A DNA stretch of 64,000 nucleotides, taken from positions 19,775,648-19,839,647 of the forward strand of contig NC_092673.1 of NCBI RefSeq assembly GCF_964355755.1, written 5' to 3'. Source of the stretch: Antedon mediterranea (taxonomy: Eukaryota > Animalia > Echinodermata). A program made the position numbers and the translations under genes. Numbering within the stretch: the stretch's first letter is position 1; every line of letters starts with the position of its first letter. The notes beneath the pieces are model-generated. The model had not been told where the DNA came from. It saw nothing but the letters and a program-made list of their open reading frames with translations, and searched no databases. Below are positions 63,843-64,000 of the stretch, one piece after another.

Positions 63843-64000
63843 TGTAAGTTCACCGGCAACTAGTACTCAATGACATTTTAAAATGAACGGCACCAACGAA
63901 TTTACTGGCTCTTTGTTTTTTATTTCTTTCCATATAATTCTAGCATATTTCAGCGTTATTTCAACTTCTTGTCTTTAGCCGTAAGTTACTGAAATTAAAC
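63843..64000 (-). repeat. 3' part of the 5' LTR of the BEL element
   Basis: The minus strand has AATAAA (~63920), then ..GAACTTACA|GTAAAA, an LTR end followed by a BEL-type internal start. Confidence 0.6.

Overview
AT-rich, intron-containing eukaryotic DNA, most likely from a marine invertebrate deuterostome (an echinoderm is my guess; this is inference from gene content and repeat types). I reconstructed five spliced host genes by hand. (1) A secreted Cys-rich repeat protein (- strand, runs off the left edge). (2) A family-X DNA polymerase with mixed Pol mu/TdT signatures (-). (3) SMIM8 (+), head-to-head with the polymerase. (4) An unrecognised ~550-aa basic protein (+) with an RFX/forkhead-type promoter and an 11-kb first intron. 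(5) The mitochondrial RNA helicase SUV3 (-). The rest is layered transposable elements. These include a near-intact DIRS1 tyrosine-recombinase retrotransposon with ITRs and ICR, whose gag start is cut off by a TGT..ACA element full of TTGCGCAA palindromes; a full-length Tx1 LINE with a 16-bp TSD and a truncated relative; a solo LTR; nested hAT elements; an EnSpm-like relic; a BEL/Pao fragment; an ORF1-only LINE; and SINEs and MITEs. The most notable observations are an HIV-type -1 frameshift signal that could explain how the ATG-less DIRS pol is expressed, the Ginger-like insertion in gag, and tiny P-element-like excision footprints. No CRISPR or prokaryotic system is supported. Coordinates were read manually and may be off by a few bases.
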